This document shows positions 1 to 9,868 of a DNA stretch of 45,691 bases, piece by piece. Source of the DNA: a virus. Taxonomy: Duplodnaviria; Heunggongvirae; Uroviricota; Caudoviricetes. Within the stretch, counting starts at the first letter, position 1; each line of letters starts with the position of its first letter. The stretch lies in the IMG/VR virus record IMGVR_UViG_3300046474_000237, positions 71,469 to 117,159 of that record; one strand, 5' to 3'. Under the pieces are notes generated by a model. The model ran no database searches and had not been told where the DNA came from. It saw only the letters and a program-made list of their open reading frames with translations. The position numbers and the translations under genes were made by a program.

Positions 1-42
1 ATCGGTCCAAAGGCTCCTCCGTTTCCTCCACTACAAGTATCA

Positions 43-414
43 ATGCAACCAAACGTCGCTCCATTAACAGCTCAACAACGTGTAATCGAGCTAAAGAAAA
101 AGATTGTCGAATATAAATCTTTGCTCAGCATCGTAACTGACCTTTCTACAAAGAGTTTCGCATTGTTACTACTCGGTAACATCGAAAAAGAACTTGTAGA
201 AATTCAAGCTGAACTTGGCAAAAATCAAGTACAGCCTGCTCCGATTCAAACTCCGATTACACCTGTTGTTCAGCCTTACTATCCGCAGGTTCCAACCATC
301 GGCTCACCTGTTCAGCCGTATCGTACCGGTGACTTCCCAAGTTTTCCACAAGACCCAGTGACGTTCACTGGCGGAGACGTATTCCTTACCAACTCAAACG
401 AAGACAATCAATGA
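43..414 (+). CDS. hypothetical protein (N-terminal coiled coil, Pro/Gln-rich tail)
   Basis: 123-aa ORF whose stop overlaps the next start (ATGA). No recognisable motif. Confidence 0.7.
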   Translation: MQPNVAPLTAQQRVIELKKKIVEYKSLLSIVTDLSTKSFALLLLGNIEKELVEIQAELGKNQVQPAPIQTPITPVVQPYYPQVPTIGSPVQPYRTGDFPSFPQDPVTFTGGDVFLTNSNEDNQ

Positions 415-1157
415 CTAGCATCGCTCAAAACTTTCTCACCATCCAAGAAACTCTCAACCAGAAGCTCAGTCTTGAGTGGAAAGAAAAGGGTTGGAACTAT
501 CCTGATGCAATGTTCACCGAGGCTACTGAAGCCTTTAACCATTTGAACTGGGAATGGTGGCGTGCTGTTGATCGTAAAATCGATTGGGATCAGGTAAAAC
601 TTGAATGGGTTGACGTCGGGCACTTTCTGTTCAGTGAAATTATGGCAAGCAGAAACGAGAACAAGTTTAAGACTGTTCTCACTCGTTTCCAAGAAGAAGC
701 TAAGCCTGCGGAATCAGTTTCGGTTGATAGCGTTAAAAGCAATATCAAGGAATTCATTCATGCAGTTCTTAGCTATGATTCTATCAAAGATGAAGACTGG
801 GTTATTACACATGAGGAACTCCGTAACGTTCTTGGTTGGTTCCTTGTAGTCGTTGCTGAACTTGGCTTAACCATTGAACAATACTATACCCTTTTCATCG
901 GCAAGGTTTGTCTGAATCAACTTCGCTGGAAAAACGGGTATAAGAAAGGTATCTATAACCCCTACGAAGATCCTAAAGAAGATCACTGTAGCGAATACTA
1001 CATTAAGAATTGGGATGGGGTAGAAGATAACGAATGGCTTTCAGCGACAGCGGCAACGCTTGATCCTGCAAGCGATACTTTTAAACAAGAGCTGGAATCA
1101 TTGCTTGATCAGAAGTATGCGCAAGTTTATGCAAAGGCTTGGGATTGGGTTAAATAA
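411..1157 (+). CDS. dut: dimeric (all-alpha) dUTPase / dUTP diphosphatase
   Basis: Motifs of the dUTPase_2 family: E..E...HLNWEWWR, KLEWVDVGHF, K...N..R...GYK, and WDGVEDNE. Confidence 0.85.
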   Translation: MTSIAQNFLTIQETLNQKLSLEWKEKGWNYPDAMFTEATEAFNHLNWEWWRAVDRKIDWDQVKLEWVDVGHFLFSEIMASRNENKFKTVLTRFQEEAKPAESVSVDSVKSNIKEFIHAVLSYDSIKDEDWVITHEELRNVLGWFLVVVAELGLTIEQYYTLFIGKVCLNQLRWKNGYKKGIYNPYEDPKEDHCSEYYIKNWDGVEDNEWLSATAATLDPASDTFKQELESLLDQKYAQVYAKAWDWVK

Positions 1158-1160
1158 CTA

Positions 1161-1739
1161 ATGCACGACGATTGGCATCAACGATATTATGAAGAAAAAG
1201 GGGAAGAGAAAGAACTCTTTCCTCTTAACTTAAAACGTGTCAAGGTCATGATTGAATTGGAAGTCATGGCTGATGTATCAAAACATAACACTCATCAAAT
1301 CGTTCTTTGCCATCCGGACATGGACGGGCAATTAACGTTCGAGGTTGATGGCCTTGAACAAGCAGAGGATGCACTCGATGAGTATGAGATGGAGTGTATT
1401 GCAGATGAAGAGCCTGAACCAGAACCGGAGCCAGTCAAACCGGTAGTTCAAACACCGCCTTCTTACTACACTCAGAACGTTTACAGGCCTCAACCTGTAA
1501 GTGAAGAATACAAGCCTAAGCCTGTATTGAAGTTTGAACCTGACGGACCTATCTCGAACGATAGGCCTGTTCAGCCTGTGGTTCAAGAAGTGAATGTAAA
1601 AGTCAGTGCAGAGCCTAAGAAGATCTCAATCGAAGATCATCCTGTGGTCTCTATTGTCAGTGATGTAGCTGAGATAGCAGATATCTGGAAAAGCTTAGTA
1701 CCCAAGTTCAAATCAGTGCGTAAGAAGGTAGGTAAGTAA
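1161..1739 (+). CDS. hypothetical protein with acidic Pro/Glu-rich linker
   Basis: 192-aa ORF in line with dut. Contains EEPEPEPEPV low-complexity region. Confidence 0.65.
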   Translation: MHDDWHQRYYEEKGEEKELFPLNLKRVKVMIELEVMADVSKHNTHQIVLCHPDMDGQLTFEVDGLEQAEDALDEYEMECIADEEPEPEPEPVKPVVQTPPSYYTQNVYRPQPVSEEYKPKPVLKFEPDGPISNDRPVQPVVQEVNVKVSAEPKKISIEDHPVVSIVSDVAEIADIWKSLVPKFKSVRKKVGK

Positions 1740-1740
1740 C

Positions 1741-1774
1741 AAAGAAAAAGCCACGTTTTAGCGTGGCTTTTTTT
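1741..1774. terminator. bidirectional intrinsic terminator between convergent blocks
   Basis: AAAAAGCCACG-ttttag-CGTGGCTTTTTTT, with A-tract and T-tract on either side, between convergent ORFs. Confidence 0.85.
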
Positions 1775-1792
1775 AGCTTGTTGAAATTGTAA

Positions 1793-2242
1793 TTATAGAG
1801 AACCAGACGCTGATTCAACCCATGCAGTCCCAGTGTAAATAAAATCTGCCCAGGTACTAACTGATGCCAAACTTTTAATGGTTGCTCCGCCTGGCTGTTT
1901 AATGGAGATAGAAAATCCTCCAGTAGCAGTAGAAGCTCTAGTGACACGTACAGTACAGATTTGACCATCAACGATTGATGGCATAGTAACTGTACGGGTG
2001 GCCGTAATAGGGCTGGAATAGTACACGAAAGTATTTGGAGCTTCAGTAACCGTAATGTTGACATCACCAGGTGAGACAACTACCGGCATTAGATTTGAAA
2101 CCGAAACATTTACTTCGTCAATAGCAGCTTGAAGCAAAGTGTCATTAGACGCTAAGTCTTGGAGAGGACGATTATCTACAGTGTAGTGATACGAGTCATC
2201 CTCGGTGTAGAATCTAACAGTGTTAAAGGTTACTAAGCTCAT
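1793..2242 (-). CDS. virion/tail-fibre-associated protein
   Basis: Last gene of the late block. Beta-rich T/S/V composition, and a TVTMP...S..W module resembling those in the tail fibres. Confidence 0.55.
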   Translation of the reverse strand: MSLVTFNTVRFYTEDDSYHYTVDNRPLQDLASNDTLLQAAIDEVNVSVSNLMPVVVSPGDVNITVTEAPNTFVYYSSPITATRTVTMPSIVDGQICTVRVTRASTATGGFSISIKQPGGATIKSLASVSTWADFIYTGTAWVESASGSL

Positions 2243-2268
2243 AATTTTCTAAAGTTGTGTTTTTTATT

Positions 2269-2772
2269 TTACAGTACTGGCTTGATCGTGAAGCAAATTG
2301 GGATTCTAGGTAGTGGACCCCAGTTACCGTCTCTGTAAGCGCCAGCTTCAGCATCGTACAGATTCCAAGCTTTCCAGCCTAGCTTAACCTGAAGGTGTTT
2401 ACCACCATATTCATAGTTGAATTGACCATTAGGGCCTTTGGCGAAAAACGTTGTAGCACCTTCTGCGGTTTTGTTGAACTTGGCTGTCCACTGCGTCTTA
2501 TCCCACGCTACACCTAAAGGTTCGTAGTCAAACGTATAACCAGGATTACGACGAAGCCACTTCGTTGCTACTTCTTCGTCAGTGCCAGTAAAACCGTATT
2601 GCGGCTGACGACCCTCAAACAGTGTTGCATCGAAGGTTTGAAACCATGAAAGCCATTTAGGTAGATTGCCTTCAGCATCTACGAACTTAGCGATCAACGG
2701 TGCGAAGATCAACGTTATAACTACAAACAGCAATGATGCAATTGCGTAAAACGGGTATAGGATGAGATACAT
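2269..2772 (-). CDS. conserved phage membrane-anchored protein
   Basis: N-terminal TM helix, then LPKWLSWFQTFDATL and WLRRNPGY, a pattern I recognise from phage tail/lysis regions. Confidence 0.6.
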   Translation of the reverse strand: MYLILYPFYAIASLLFVVITLIFAPLIAKFVDAEGNLPKWLSWFQTFDATLFEGRQPQYGFTGTDEEVATKWLRRNPGYTFDYEPLGVAWDKTQWTAKFNKTAEGATTFFAKGPNGQFNYEYGGKHLQVKLGWKAWNLYDAEAGAYRDGNWGPLPRIPICFTIKPVL

Positions 2773-2781
2773 TATTGGTCC

Positions 2782-4083
2782 TTAGACGAAGAGTGTTGGA
2801 TCTATGGCGTTAGAGACTTGAATCAAGTTATAGCCATAAGGCGTTTCGTGAGTACCATCTCCTGTCACTGCACCGGTAATTCCTGCAGATCCAGTAGGAG
2901 CTTTCCATAGACCACTGTCACGAGCCGATTCTACCACATCTGCAACTTCGAAGTAAGCCCATAGCGGACTTGGTTTAGTACGAATCCAGTTATTAAGAAG
3001 AATGCGTTGTGCATTCGATGCCACTACTGTCTGGTTAGCTACGGTAGCCCAAGCATCAGTGCTTGTACTTACTGGTGGAATCGTTGACTGAGAAATCTTC
3101 TTAGTCGGGAACAGCGCATAACCAGCCTGAAGCGCTGTCTGGATAACTGCTGCTGTACGGCCTGCTGTAAGATCGTTAATACCATATTCGAAATGAACGT
3201 GGGTATGATATTGAGCCAATGCTGCACGTAGAGTATGTGATGCATTAAAGTTCTGAATCGTGTCAGTCTCACAACCGACATTGCAGTACGGACGATCATA
3301 GTCTAGTGAACGGCATACTTCGCCAAGACCCCATCTTCCGAAATTGGCTGATGAACCAGTTGAAACAGCTGTAGAATCTGATCTTCCAGAAAGTCTAGAA
3401 TCACCATAGCAAATAACTGATGGTACTGAAGACATGCCTAGAACGACTAATGGAAATACCGCAAATGAACCTGTTGCTGCTCCACCTGTAGCCGTTGCGC
3501 CAGTAAGAACAGCTCTTGGGTCATTGGTTTGTGCTGCGGACCATACTACCATATTTGATTCTTGAGCAGTTGTAGTAGCAGTGGCTGAACATGGCACGTT
3601 AACGGCGCTTGCATATTGAATGTACGTACGCACCCAGAATTGAGCACCACTTGGAATACTCACCGGGATAGCATCGGTTGTAACATTTGCACCTGGAGTA
3701 GCAGTAGCGGAAGGAGAGTGAGGAACACCAGACGCAGCCGACCACTCAGCTAATGTAAATGTACCTGCTGGATATTCAATACTAACGTAGTATGTTGCAT
3801 TCACCGCAATGGTAAATTCCTGGACGTTGTTAGCATACCAGTTACCATGTACTACTTGTACTGATGTAACAGCATCACCTTGATTTGTATGCAAGGTTCT
3901 TGAATACGAAGCTATTTGAGGAGCTACTGTATACGTTTGATAATTCTGACGGCAACGAGTAGCAATGTTACGCAGAGTTTGACCTGGAGGGGTCGTAGGA
4001 CCAGAACCACCTCCACTGCCAACGCCAGCAAGCTTAAGAAGCTTTTTGAATTCGCCTAGACCTAGACTCATTGCTTCACCCAA
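2782..4083 (-). CDS. SGNH/GDSL esterase-domain virion protein (probable start MSLG near 4071)
   Basis: SGNH blocks YGDS, EYGIND and DGTH in the C-terminal half, with a beta-rich N-terminal domain. Confidence 0.8.
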   Translation of the reverse strand: MGEAMSLGLGEFKKLLKLAGVGSGGGSGPTTPPGQTLRNIATRCRQNYQTYTVAPQIASYSRTLHTNQGDAVTSVQVVHGNWYANNVQEFTIAVNATYYVSIEYPAGTFTLAEWSAASGVPHSPSATATPGANVTTDAIPVSIPSGAQFWVRTYIQYASAVNVPCSATATTTAQESNMVVWSAAQTNDPRAVLTGATATGGAATGSFAVFPLVVLGMSSVPSVICYGDSRLSGRSDSTAVSTGSSANFGRWGLGEVCRSLDYDRPYCNVGCETDTIQNFNASHTLRAALAQYHTHVHFEYGINDLTAGRTAAVIQTALQAGYALFPTKKISQSTIPPVSTSTDAWATVANQTVVASNAQRILLNNWIRTKPSPLWAYFEVADVVESARDSGLWKAPTGSAGITGAVTGDGTHETPYGYNLIQVSNAIDPTLFV

Positions 4084-4289
4084 GCGCTTTCGCTAGTTAG
4101 ATTACTGCCAGTATAAGTGTAGGTCTTGACCCAAGTGCTAACGCCATCGGTGATGGTATCAGTGATAAGATTGTTTGAACCGTCGTAGCCGTAAGTATGG
4201 GCTAGAGAGGACGGACTAATTAGTTGAGAACCAGTTGAGTCAAATACTAACTCAATGGTTGCATCGGTAGAAGCGGAAGTAAAAGCCAT
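4068..4289 (-). CDS. small hypothetical virion protein
   Basis: 73-aa ORF with YD-like beta hairpins (TYGYDGSNNL, TYTYTGSNL). Confidence 0.6.
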   Translation of the reverse strand: MAFTSASTDATIELVFDSTGSQLISPSSLAHTYGYDGSNNLITDTITDGVSTWVKTYTYTGSNLTSESAWVKQ

Positions 4290-4318
4290 GATCGGTATCC
4301 TGGAAAGATACCTCTATT

Positions 4319-4639
4319 TTACTCGGAACTAACTATTCCCGAGCCGGTAGTTGCAGTGTAAATTCCAGCGTTGTCACCGATAATATGTCCTTGATCTCCA
4401 ACTCGGTGGAAGGCATTGCCGTTTATGTCTTTGCTAAGACCAGATCCAGTAGTGGCCACGGTCTGATGACCGCAAGTAGCGTTGCCTATTGCACCGATTG
4501 TGCAAACGATCAATCCATCAGCAGTAACAGTAGTGCCTGGATTACTAATGAAAGTAGTAGTGTATGGAGTAGGAGAAGCATGGAGGTGACAAATACCCTG
4601 TCCTTGATCTCCAATACGGCAGACAGGTTTCTGAGCCAT
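4319..4639 (-). CDS. PAAR-like spike tip protein (gp5.4-like)
   Basis: Repeated PAAR-like units PVCRIGD and AFHRVGD, with metal-binding CHLH and CGH. Confidence 0.8.
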   Translation of the reverse strand: MAQKPVCRIGDQGQGICHLHASPTPYTTTFISNPGTTVTADGLIVCTIGAIGNATCGHQTVATTGSGLSKDINGNAFHRVGDQGHIIGDNAGIYTATTGSGIVSSE

Positions 4640-5013
4640 TATGCTACCGTATCAGAGAGAATGGTTACGAAGCCGTTCATGAAAGGAATACGCTTACCTG
4701 TGTCCGAAGTCAGGACAAGGTTATAAACAGCGCGGTTCCATAGAACATCTGTTGTTTGGGCAGCTGTGAATGTAACTGTGACTAAGCCAGTATCTCCACC
4801 AAGCGTAATGCCGCCAAGCGTAGTTGAAAGCTCAAGTACGAAGTTGCCATTAGCGTAGCCATCATACGTGCCGTTCATGTTTTCCTTGAGCTTCATATCT
4901 GCTGAATAACCAGTCAGATCAATGGGTAGGCCTGTTTCAAGGTTTACATATAAAAAGGACTGAGTAAAATCAGTCCCTTCGGTTAGTTCAAAGTGAGTAA
5001 CGTTTCTTGTCAT
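4639..5013 (-). CDS. BppU-like Ig-fold baseplate/tail adaptor
   Basis: GTDF...F......PIDLTGYSADM.LK...G.VTVTF.A.QT......YNLVL pattern typical of this phage family. Confidence 0.6.
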   Translation of the reverse strand: MTRNVTHFELTEGTDFTQSFLYVNLETGLPIDLTGYSADMKLKENMNGTYDGYANGNFVLELSTTLGGITLGGDTGLVTVTFTAAQTTDVLWNRAVYNLVLTSDTGKRIPFMNGFVTILSDTVA

Positions 5014-5288
5014 GGTTTAGAGCAAGCATTAAGTGCTGCTTCTAGTTTAATCGTATATGCGATCAAGTAGTCGTTCTCAGCTGCGAGCAGAGCCAAGTTG
5101 TTGTAAAGCAAATCGCCTTTTTTAGCCTGTGTAAACACATACTTAGGCTTTTGGATATTCTGCTTTTCACACTTGACTTGAATAGGTACTTGCACTTCTT
5201 TAGTAACGTACTGAATCTGGGGCTGAGCCGCTCCAAACACTGTACAGCCAGACAGAAGCATAGCTGCGATGATGATTAATTTTTTCAT
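5010..5288 (-). CDS. o-spanin (outer-membrane lipoprotein, Rz1-like)
   Basis: Signal peptide with lipobox LLSG-C, directly after the i-spanin. Ends in LEAALNAC. Confidence 0.8.
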   Translation of the reverse strand: MKKLIIIAAMLLSGCTVFGAAQPQIQYVTKEVQVPIQVKCEKQNIQKPKYVFTQAKKGDLLYNNLALLAAENDYLIAYTIKLEAALNACSKP

Positions 5289-5296
5289 GATGACTC

Positions 5297-5764
5297 TTAC
5301 GGTTGATTAGCTTGACGATTATCGATTAACTGATCCATCAATGCTTTACTATTGGCATAATCGTCTGTGCCAGTAGGCTTTTGTGCAAGAATCGTTTTGG
5401 CGTGGGCTGTGCGTGTCTTAGCCTTAACAGTAGCTTCGCTAACTGCAACGGCAGCAGAGGCAGTAGCTGCGGCATCGGCTTGGGCTAGAGCTTGAGTATT
5501 GGCACTGCAATCGCTAGCTGCCGCTTCGAATTGAGCAGCAGTAGCCTGTGAGGAACCGATTTTTTGGTTTAGAGAAGCGATGGTTGTGTTGAGCGTTCTG
5601 ATGTGGAAGTACTCTACGGTGCAGAATAGTGCTAGGACTATAACCGTCACACCAATGACGATACCGAGCCAGTGCGAAAAGAATGCCTTAATAAGTGCAA
5701 ATGAAGTAAACATGTTTTGTCCTTGAATTAAGAGGAGTCTATTCCACACTGACTCGGTTGTCAA
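5297..5764 (-). CDS. i-spanin (Rz-like), probable start near 5716
   Basis: Single N-terminal TM helix followed by an Ala-rich coiled coil, located between the holin and the lipoprotein. Confidence 0.75.
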   Translation of the reverse strand: MTTESVWNRLLLIQGQNMFTSFALIKAFFSHWLGIVIGVTVIVLALFCTVEYFHIRTLNTTIASLNQKIGSSQATAAQFEAAASDCSANTQALAQADAAATASAAVAVSEATVKAKTRTAHAKTILAQKPTGTDDYANSKALMDQLIDNRQANQP

Positions 5765-6028
5765 TTACTTCTTAGTAGCGTCAGTGTCAGTGAATGCCTT
5801 AGCAGCAACACCAGCACCGATTGCAGCAAAGCCACCACAAAGGGTAGTGAAGGCCAGTGCCATGTTTTGGCCATCGAAATGACCTTGATAAATACTTGCT
5901 GCGTAGCCAGCGACGAACATAACTACGGTAGGAACGCTTAGCCCCATTGATAGAATACGAACTGGACAGAAACTTACGCCGTCGTTTTCTGTGATTAGAT
6001 CTTTAATAAATTGTTTGATTGAGAACAT
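5765..6028 (-). CDS. holin-like membrane protein
   Basis: 87 aa with two TM helices and a charged C-terminus, immediately after the endolysin. Confidence 0.65.
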   Translation of the reverse strand: MFSIKQFIKDLITENDGVSFCPVRILSMGLSVPTVVMFVAGYAASIYQGHFDGQNMALAFTTLCGGFAAIGAGVAAKAFTDTDATKK

Positions 6029-6031
6029 GGT

Positions 6032-6571
6032 TTAGTTAACTCCGAGGACTTTCTTGGCACGAGCCCAGTAGGCTTGTCTGTCTGCCAGACCATTGGTGCC
6101 GCCATTAATCAGTTTAGTTACTTTTAGAAAGGCATCGTCTGTATTCAACTTGGCTAAGTCTGAGAGGTTCTTATTCTTCCAGAATTGTCCTGCTGATAAC
6201 GCGGCCCATTCAGGCAAAGCTAGATCGGTTGGATGTGATAGAAAATCGTGGTCCAGAGCCATTGTCATTGCAGCGTAATTGGATCTGCCTGTAACCTGGA
6301 TTAGACCTCGACCCTTAAACAGCACACCATCACCCTTCTGACTATTTCCTAGATCCTTACGCCCTTCATAGGCTTGTCCTGAAGCGAGTTCTGTCGTGTA
6401 GATACACCCACAGCTCTCGTGCATGACTTGAGCGATGAACATAGCAACGACTGGCATATCAGTAATGCCGTATTTAATCAACGTTTCATTGATAGGATCT
6501 GTGAACGTATCCAGACGAGCTTGATTCATCGTCGGAACAATTGCTTTGAGTTGTGCTTGTGTAAGTATCAT
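6032..6571 (-). CDS. glycoside hydrolase family 19 endolysin
   Basis: FIAQVMHES, YEGRKDLGN...GDG..FKGRGLIQVTGRSNY and TKLINGGTNGLADR. Confidence 0.92.
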   Translation of the reverse strand: MILTQAQLKAIVPTMNQARLDTFTDPINETLIKYGITDMPVVAMFIAQVMHESCGCIYTTELASGQAYEGRKDLGNSQKGDGVLFKGRGLIQVTGRSNYAAMTMALDHDFLSHPTDLALPEWAALSAGQFWKNKNLSDLAKLNTDDAFLKVTKLINGGTNGLADRQAYWARAKKVLGVN

Positions 6572-6642
6572 GAAAAAATCACCGCTAGTTGCCTATACGG
6601 TGATTTTAGGTGAAACGTCAAGTGTCTAGTTGTTACAAAGTG

Positions 6643-7401
6643 TTATGTGCCGATTGCAAGCCAAGAACATCCTGTTGAACCAGCTCCAGCAGAAGGAACG
6701 GTTAATTTGAACTGTGTTGTGCTAATAGCCTGGATACCTACGCCAACGCTGTTTGTTGTAAGGGAGAGATTAAAACCTAAACTTGCGTAAGTAGCTAGAC
6801 AATTATTTGGAAACGCAATTGTAAAGTTGCTAGTTGTAGTTGTCTGCGCAGAATAGTTTCCATTCCCCCATTGTATAATAAGTCCGCTTGGAAGTTTTTG
6901 ATAACCAGCTGTTGATAACGGGGAAATTCCGAACCCTCCTGAATAACTAAGTACCCCGACCCCTATGGCTCTCCATACGCTAGAACCCGTTTTAACAAAG
7001 GTCATTGAATCTCCTGGCCCCAGAGTAATAGTTGTTAGTGAATTTCCCGTTGGACTAATAACGTCAGCTCCCTGAGAGTTAATAGTTTTATTAACGCTAG
7101 TAGTTGTGTTATGAACAGTTATACAGGCGCCGTTTGGAAAACTTGTTGTTAATGGAAGAGTCGCAGTTTGGGCACCTGCGGCGGTAAACAATACAAATTT
7201 ACCAATATATGTAGCATCCATAGTTACTGGGGTTGTCCCCACAATTACTTGATCTGAAAAATTACCAAGCGCTGCCTGTACAAACCCAGTAGTTGATAAG
7301 TTTTGACCATTATCAAACTGCGGAGGAGTAGTTGTTGTGACGAAGCTTGACCCTGCCGTAAGCAGATCGGTCAAATTTCCTAAATTTCTTGTACGTGCCA
7401 T
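6643..7401 (-). CDS. tail fibre protein with gp53-like C-terminal domain
   Basis: PQFDN..STTGFVQ module and C-terminal GYQKLPSGLIIQWG...FTIAFPN. Confidence 0.8.
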   Translation of the reverse strand: MARTRNLGNLTDLLTAGSSFVTTTTPPQFDNGQNLSTTGFVQAALGNFSDQVIVGTTPVTMDATYIGKFVLFTAAGAQTATLPLTTSFPNGACITVHNTTTSVNKTINSQGADVISPTGNSLTTITLGPGDSMTFVKTGSSVWRAIGVGVLSYSGGFGISPLSTAGYQKLPSGLIIQWGNGNYSAQTTTTSNFTIAFPNNCLATYASLGFNLSLTTNSVGVGIQAISTTQFKLTVPSAGAGSTGCSWLAIGT

Positions 7402-7414
7402 TTTTATTTATTCC

Positions 7415-8455
7415 TTAATTACCGACTGCAAATACAAAGTAAGAAGTAGCAGTACTTCCGCTAGTCGGGTTACCTACTGTACAGTTAGTAGTTGATTTAT
7501 TAAAAACTTCAGGAGTAGCGTAGTTTCCAGCTGCTCCAAAAGCGGTGGCAACTACTCCAATACACTGAGTTGGAAACGAAATAGGAAAACTTACAACCGC
7601 AGTACTGTTAAATGCTACCGCTGTGCTATAGTTCCATTGCATTATCAATCCGCTAGGCAGTTTCTGAAAACCTGATGTTGCAAAGCTTGGCGCAAATTGT
7701 GCAGATAATCCAATCTGAGCTGATCCGCCTATTAAATACCACTGATTAGTACCCATGTATACAAAAATTGCTGAATCACCAGCATTCAAAACTACAGAAG
7801 TAGTATTATTTGAAAAATTTGTAGAAATAACATCTGAACCCTGTCTTTGAATAGTATTAGGTCCACCGCCACTAACGAACTCTACTCTAGTACCAATAAC
7901 CACAGTTGACGCTAGTGGCAAAGTTACCGTTATGTTATTGCCTTGAATATTACAAATTGCACCTGCAACTTGAGCTGCTGTTAAAGTTGTAGTAGAAGAA
8001 ATGCCAAAATTCGTGGAGTGTTGCACACCGAACTGTCTAACCCAACTAGTGCTTGCATTTCTAATCGTATTATCGAACTGAGGTGCAGTCGTAGTACGTG
8101 AAGCGCTTTCCAATGCAACAATCCAAGACGTGACCATGTTTTGAACAAGGAAACGTTCACCGGGCAGAATTGAAATTGAAGAGAAGCTTGAACCAAGCAG
8201 GAGGATAGAGTCTGATCCTGCAGCATTAATAGTGCATAGAGCAGAGCTATTATTGTAAATGCTGTATGACCTAGACGGGAAATTAACACCATCTAGTACA
8301 GGAAGAGTGATTGTGTAACCACCAGCTCCAGTAATCATGAATTGCTTGTCATACGTTAGCGCACCGACTCCAAGAGTCGTATTGCCTACGATTGTGACTA
8401 CGGCTTGCTGATTAGGAAGCTGGGTTGGGTATAGCGGAGTACCAAAATAGCTCAT
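7415..8455 (-). CDS. tail fibre protein with gp53-like C-terminal domain
   Basis: Two TITLP/TVTLP modules, PQFDN, and C-terminal GFQKLPSGLIMQW...FPISFP. Confidence 0.8.
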   Translation of the reverse strand: MSYFGTPLYPTQLPNQQAVVTIVGNTTLGVGALTYDKQFMITGAGGYTITLPVLDGVNFPSRSYSIYNNSSALCTINAAGSDSILLLGSSFSSISILPGERFLVQNMVTSWIVALESASRTTTAPQFDNTIRNASTSWVRQFGVQHSTNFGISSTTTLTAAQVAGAICNIQGNNITVTLPLASTVVIGTRVEFVSGGGPNTIQRQGSDVISTNFSNNTTSVVLNAGDSAIFVYMGTNQWYLIGGSAQIGLSAQFAPSFATSGFQKLPSGLIMQWNYSTAVAFNSTAVVSFPISFPTQCIGVVATAFGAAGNYATPEVFNKSTTNCTVGNPTSGSTATSYFVFAVGN

Positions 8456-8484
8456 AGTTTATAGTTTCTAAAAACTACGAGCAA

Positions 8485-8871
8485 TCATTGTGTACTCGTA
8501 GTTGAATGTTCTTTCTCAATGAATTTTAATACTTTCTCTTGGGTTAGACTTGTGCCAGACCCAACTATGTTAAACAGATAATATGCAGCGCCCCAAATCA
8601 TGAACACTAGAACAGATAGGTTCAGGAGTAATTCACTGGGCTTGACTATTTTATTATCCAGCAGCACCAAGCAATAAGCGTTGCTAAATGCTGAGATCGA
8701 AAGAAGTATTAGAATATAGCGAAGAGATGTGAACCACTTATTCTTGATGTTTTTCTTCTTAATTACAAACGCAAAAAAGAAACCACAAAAACCCATCCCT
8801 ACCGAGATTAGTAGGTTCAGAACAAGCGGTACATTTACTGTAGACAGCAGACTTAAAAGAGTTGAGATCAT
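8485..8871 (-). CDS. multi-pass membrane protein
   Basis: 128 aa with three hydrophobic helices. Start overlaps the upstream stop (ATGA). Confidence 0.6.
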   Translation of the reverse strand: MISTLLSLLSTVNVPLVLNLLISVGMGFCGFFFAFVIKKKNIKNKWFTSLRYILILLSISAFSNAYCLVLLDNKIVKPSELLLNLSVLVFMIWGAAYYLFNIVGSGTSLTQEKVLKFIEKEHSTTSTQ

Positions 8872-9317
8872 TTGTTTTCCTCAAATGGCCCACCTTGATA
8901 TTGAGAAGGTGTAGACCGGCGATCTTCAATGACTATCGTTTCTTGAATGACAGGCTTCTCGTCTTCACGAGGACCGATTACTCTTTGAACAATCTGGTCA
9001 ACTGCTTCTTCGCCTCTCCGGTCAATCCATTTGAGAACTGCTCTAATTACGTAGACACCAACCGCGCCTAATGCCCAAGAGAGAGCTACTACACCCTCTG
9101 TTGAATGTACATTGGCGTTATCAGCGATCCAAGGACCCATGAAAATAGCGAAAGAAGATCCCACTATTGCCATGAATAGAGCATTCTTGAAACTAGTCTT
9201 GTTTTGATCACTTAATGCAAGAATAGGAACGACAGAGCCAGATACACCCGCAAGGATGGACCATGCTTTAGCAACAGTAAAGATTGCCCCGGCAGATGTA
9301 GTGACTGGCTCGGCCAT
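8868..9317 (-). CDS. membrane protein, holin/antiholin-like
   Basis: Three TM segments and a highly charged C-terminal tail. Confidence 0.55.
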   Translation of the reverse strand: MAEPVTTSAGAIFTVAKAWSILAGVSGSVVPILALSDQNKTSFKNALFMAIVGSSFAIFMGPWIADNANVHSTEGVVALSWALGAVGVYVIRAVLKWIDRRGEEAVDQIVQRVIGPREDEKPVIQETIVIEDRRSTPSQYQGGPFEENK

Positions 9318-9342
9318 GAAATATTCCCCTATTAATTTAGTA

Positions 9343-9855
9343 TTATGTCGAAGCTAGTACTTCGAATTTCTTTGCATTTTGTAACTGATCTGTAACAGCG
9401 CCTGGCCAAGGAATAGATGGTAACCCTACTGGGGTCCATCCACATAGTTTATATATGGTAGCTGATAGTGCGCTGCATACTAAGTCGGATCCATCCGATT
9501 GTGGAAGAGGAATACCGAACACTTTGTAACCAAAGATACGAGCCAGATCAACGAATCCATAAGGAATTCTAGAGCCAAGCTCAGACCAGATTACTGCCTC
9601 ACACTTGTCGCGGTCAACTGGACACTCGAAAACGTCAAAGTCGTAGTCCGCTTCTTGTGAAAGGGGAACGACGTTGCAGCCTCCAGCGTTTGTCTGAGCC
9701 AACAGCAAACGACCACCCGCCCAAATTGCAATGCCCGTATGGGTGTACGGACTATTCGTTACAATTCGAGTCGCAATGGGCAAGAATCCAGTTTTCTTCT
9801 TTACAGCTATCAGATCACCGGTCTTGATAGAATTGCGAACATCATCATACTTCAT
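9343..9855 (-). CDS. permuted papain-like (YiiX/YebB-type NlpC/P60) enzyme
   Basis: IKTGDLI...YTHTGIA (His) precedes Y....LVCSAL (Cys), the permuted catalytic order. Confidence 0.85.
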   Translation of the reverse strand: MKYDDVRNSIKTGDLIAVKKKTGFLPIATRIVTNSPYTHTGIAIWAGGRLLLAQTNAGGCNVVPLSQEADYDFDVFECPVDRDKCEAVIWSELGSRIPYGFVDLARIFGYKVFGIPLPQSDGSDLVCSALSATIYKLCGWTPVGLPSIPWPGAVTDQLQNAKKFEVLAST

Positions 9856-9868
9856 TTAAAACTCCGGG

